Shown: positions 62,145 to 64,000 of the stretch, one piece after another
How positions within the stretch are numbered: position 1 is the first letter of the stretch
Layout of the letters: each line of letters begins with the position of its first letter
Source: Hypanus sabinus
Taxonomy: Eukaryota
Assembly (NCBI RefSeq): GCF_030144855.1
Contig: NC_082712.1
Span: forward strand, 90,086,001-90,150,000
Reading direction: 5' to 3'
Length of the DNA: 64,000 nucleotides
Program-made: the position numbers and the translations under genes
Notes under the pieces: generated by a model
What the model was told of the DNA's origin: nothing
Databases searched by the model: none
What the model saw: only the letters and a program-made list of their open reading frames with translations

Positions 62145-64000
62145 CAGGGGTCGGCAACCCGTGGCTCGGGAGCCGCATGCGGCTCTTTCATCTCTGTGCT
62201 GCGGCTCCCTGTGGTTTTGGAAAATAAATGATGAGTATTTAATTAAAATGTATTTTATGTTAGTTTGTTAGTTTTTGAAATGTAATTCTAAATTTGAAGA
62301 TTATGGTGATCTTGTACAATCTAAATAAAACGTAGTGGTGACCCATTTCCTGGCACATCTGAACCAGCTCACAATTAGCCAGCGTTCCGGCTAAGGGAGA
62401 TAGCCTACGGGGGTTTGTGAGTACGTGTCTTTTGGAGCATCCGCGCTCACAGGGGGCAGGTTGAGGGAGGCTTAAAAGCAAGGCTGTTTAGTTCAAATAA
62501 AGTTATCTTTGACTGCAGTTTACCGACTCCGTGTCATTATTTTAGCGCTGTGGGTAGCACACCGCTACAACGTGTTTTTTGTCGCTATTAATATACGTCA
62601 CCTCTGCCAATGCCTACCAGTGCGCGATTTCTTTAATTCTTTAATTTTTCAATCCAAGGTAGGCTAACTATGGAGAATTCTAAAAAAAGAAAAGTGACTG
62701 AAGAAAACAGAACGTTTAAAGATACGTGGGCAGATTCATTTGCTTTCACTGTTGACGAGACTGGTTTACCGGTATGCTTAATATGCAATGAGAAACTAGC
62801 AAACAACAAAAAGTCAAATGTCGCAAGACATTTCCAGAATAAACACGCAGCCTTTGCTCAAAAATATCCGGATGGAGATGAGAGAAAAAAAGCCGTTTCG
62901 GAACTGATGCGGAAGGTTGATCTGAGCAAAAATCATTTCAAGAAGTGGATGAAGTCTGGAAAATCAACTACATACGCTAGTTTTGTTACCGCTCAGGAAA
63001 TAGTCAGGCACGGGAAGCAGTTTACAGATGGTGAATATATAAAAGAATCTTTCATTAAGATTTCAGAACATCTATTCACGGACTTTAAAAACAAGAGTGA
63101 AATTGTACAGAAAATCAGGGATATGCCCCTCTCTGCAAAGACTGTCAAAGACAGAACCATAAAAATGGCAGAAGACATCACAAGACAGCAAATTAAAGAC
63201 ATCAATTCAGCTGTGGCCTACTCGATTGCCTGTGACGAGTCTAAAGACAAAGGTGATATTGAACAAATAGCGTTGTTCTGCCAGTATGTAAACTCTGCCA
63301 GGCCACAGGAAGAAATGATTGAGTTGATATCTCTAAAAGGCCAAACACGGGGGGAGGACATCTGTGAGGCTGTCTTGAATTGTTTAAGAGCCAAAGGAAT
63401 AAAGACCACCCACCTGGTGTCAGTAGCTACTGTTGGGGCACCAAGTATGACAGGAGTGCACAAGGGATTTGTGGCTTTACTGTGCAGAAGTCGCTGGACA
63501 GAAAGCTGCTGACTTTTCACTGCATCTTGCACCAAGAGGCACTGTGGACTCAAACATTTCCTCTGGAATGCACAGAAGTAATGGATGTTGTCATTCAGAT
63601 TGTCAATAAAATAATGGCAAAAAGTTTAAATCACCGTCAATTCCGTTTGTTGCTGAACGAGCTGGAAAGCGCATATTCTGATCTCCTGCTGCACAACAAA
63701 GTCCAGTGGCTGTCAAGAGGGGAGGTGCTGAAACGCTTTGTCGCGTGTCTGGAAGAAGTGAAAACTTTCCTGGGCAGCAAAGGGCTCACCTTTCCTGAGC
63801 TGGAACAGCCAGAGTGGCTGGAAAATCAACACTTCATGGTAGACATGACAGCGCACCTGAACACGCTGAACACAGCTCTTCAGGGGAAAGGACGTACAGC
63901 CCTACACATGTTGGAGGATGTTTTGGCATTTGAGCGCAAGTTGACAGTGCTTGCCAGAGATTTACAGAAAGGCACATTGTCTCACTTCCCCAATTTGAGA
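62145..64000 (+). mobile_element. Buster/Charlie-type hAT transposon (left end; runs off the window), inserted in a CR1 fragment
   Basis: TIR CAGGGGTCGGCAACC preceded by GCCTAGAC (central TA); transposase follows. Confidence 0.93.
62670..64000 (+). pseudogene. hAT transposase (GTF2IRD2/ZBED8-like family) with a 2-bp insertion
   Basis: BED finger CLIC..RHFQNKH, first Asp in IACDES, second Asp replaced (VATVGAPSM), frameshift near 63480; the other frame continues FHCILHQEAL..WLSRG and stays open to the window end. Confidence 0.9.

Overview
This is vertebrate genomic DNA, almost certainly from a cartilaginous fish (shark/ray). The evidence is HE1-type V-SINEs, abundant CR1 LINEs with an esterase ORF1, Penelope pseudo-LTRs and Tc1 derivatives. 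Most of the window is nested transposable elements. Between them, all on the minus strand, lies a decaying tandem cluster of single-IgV immune-receptor genes with leader, V, stalk/TM and short-tail exons. Their V domains resemble PILR/Siglec, more degenerate remnants resemble NKp30, and the TM carries an arginine like activating NK receptors. All of these receptor copies are damaged. Upstream on the same strand is an apparently intact B7/butyrophilin-like V exon (59678-60028) that can splice to a tail-less hydrophobic exon (58890-58963) resembling a GPI-anchor signal; its leader was not found. Other elements: an RT-deleted BEL/Pao LTR element with no tRNA-type PBS but a possible self-priming site, an RT-deleted class I (epsilon/gamma-like) ERV, a HERO RLE-type LINE, a young Buster-type hAT, a hAT MITE, and Penelope termini with minimal hammerhead ribozyme motifs. 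All calls come from manual reading and translation; no database searches were run, and coordinates of degraded repeats are approximate.
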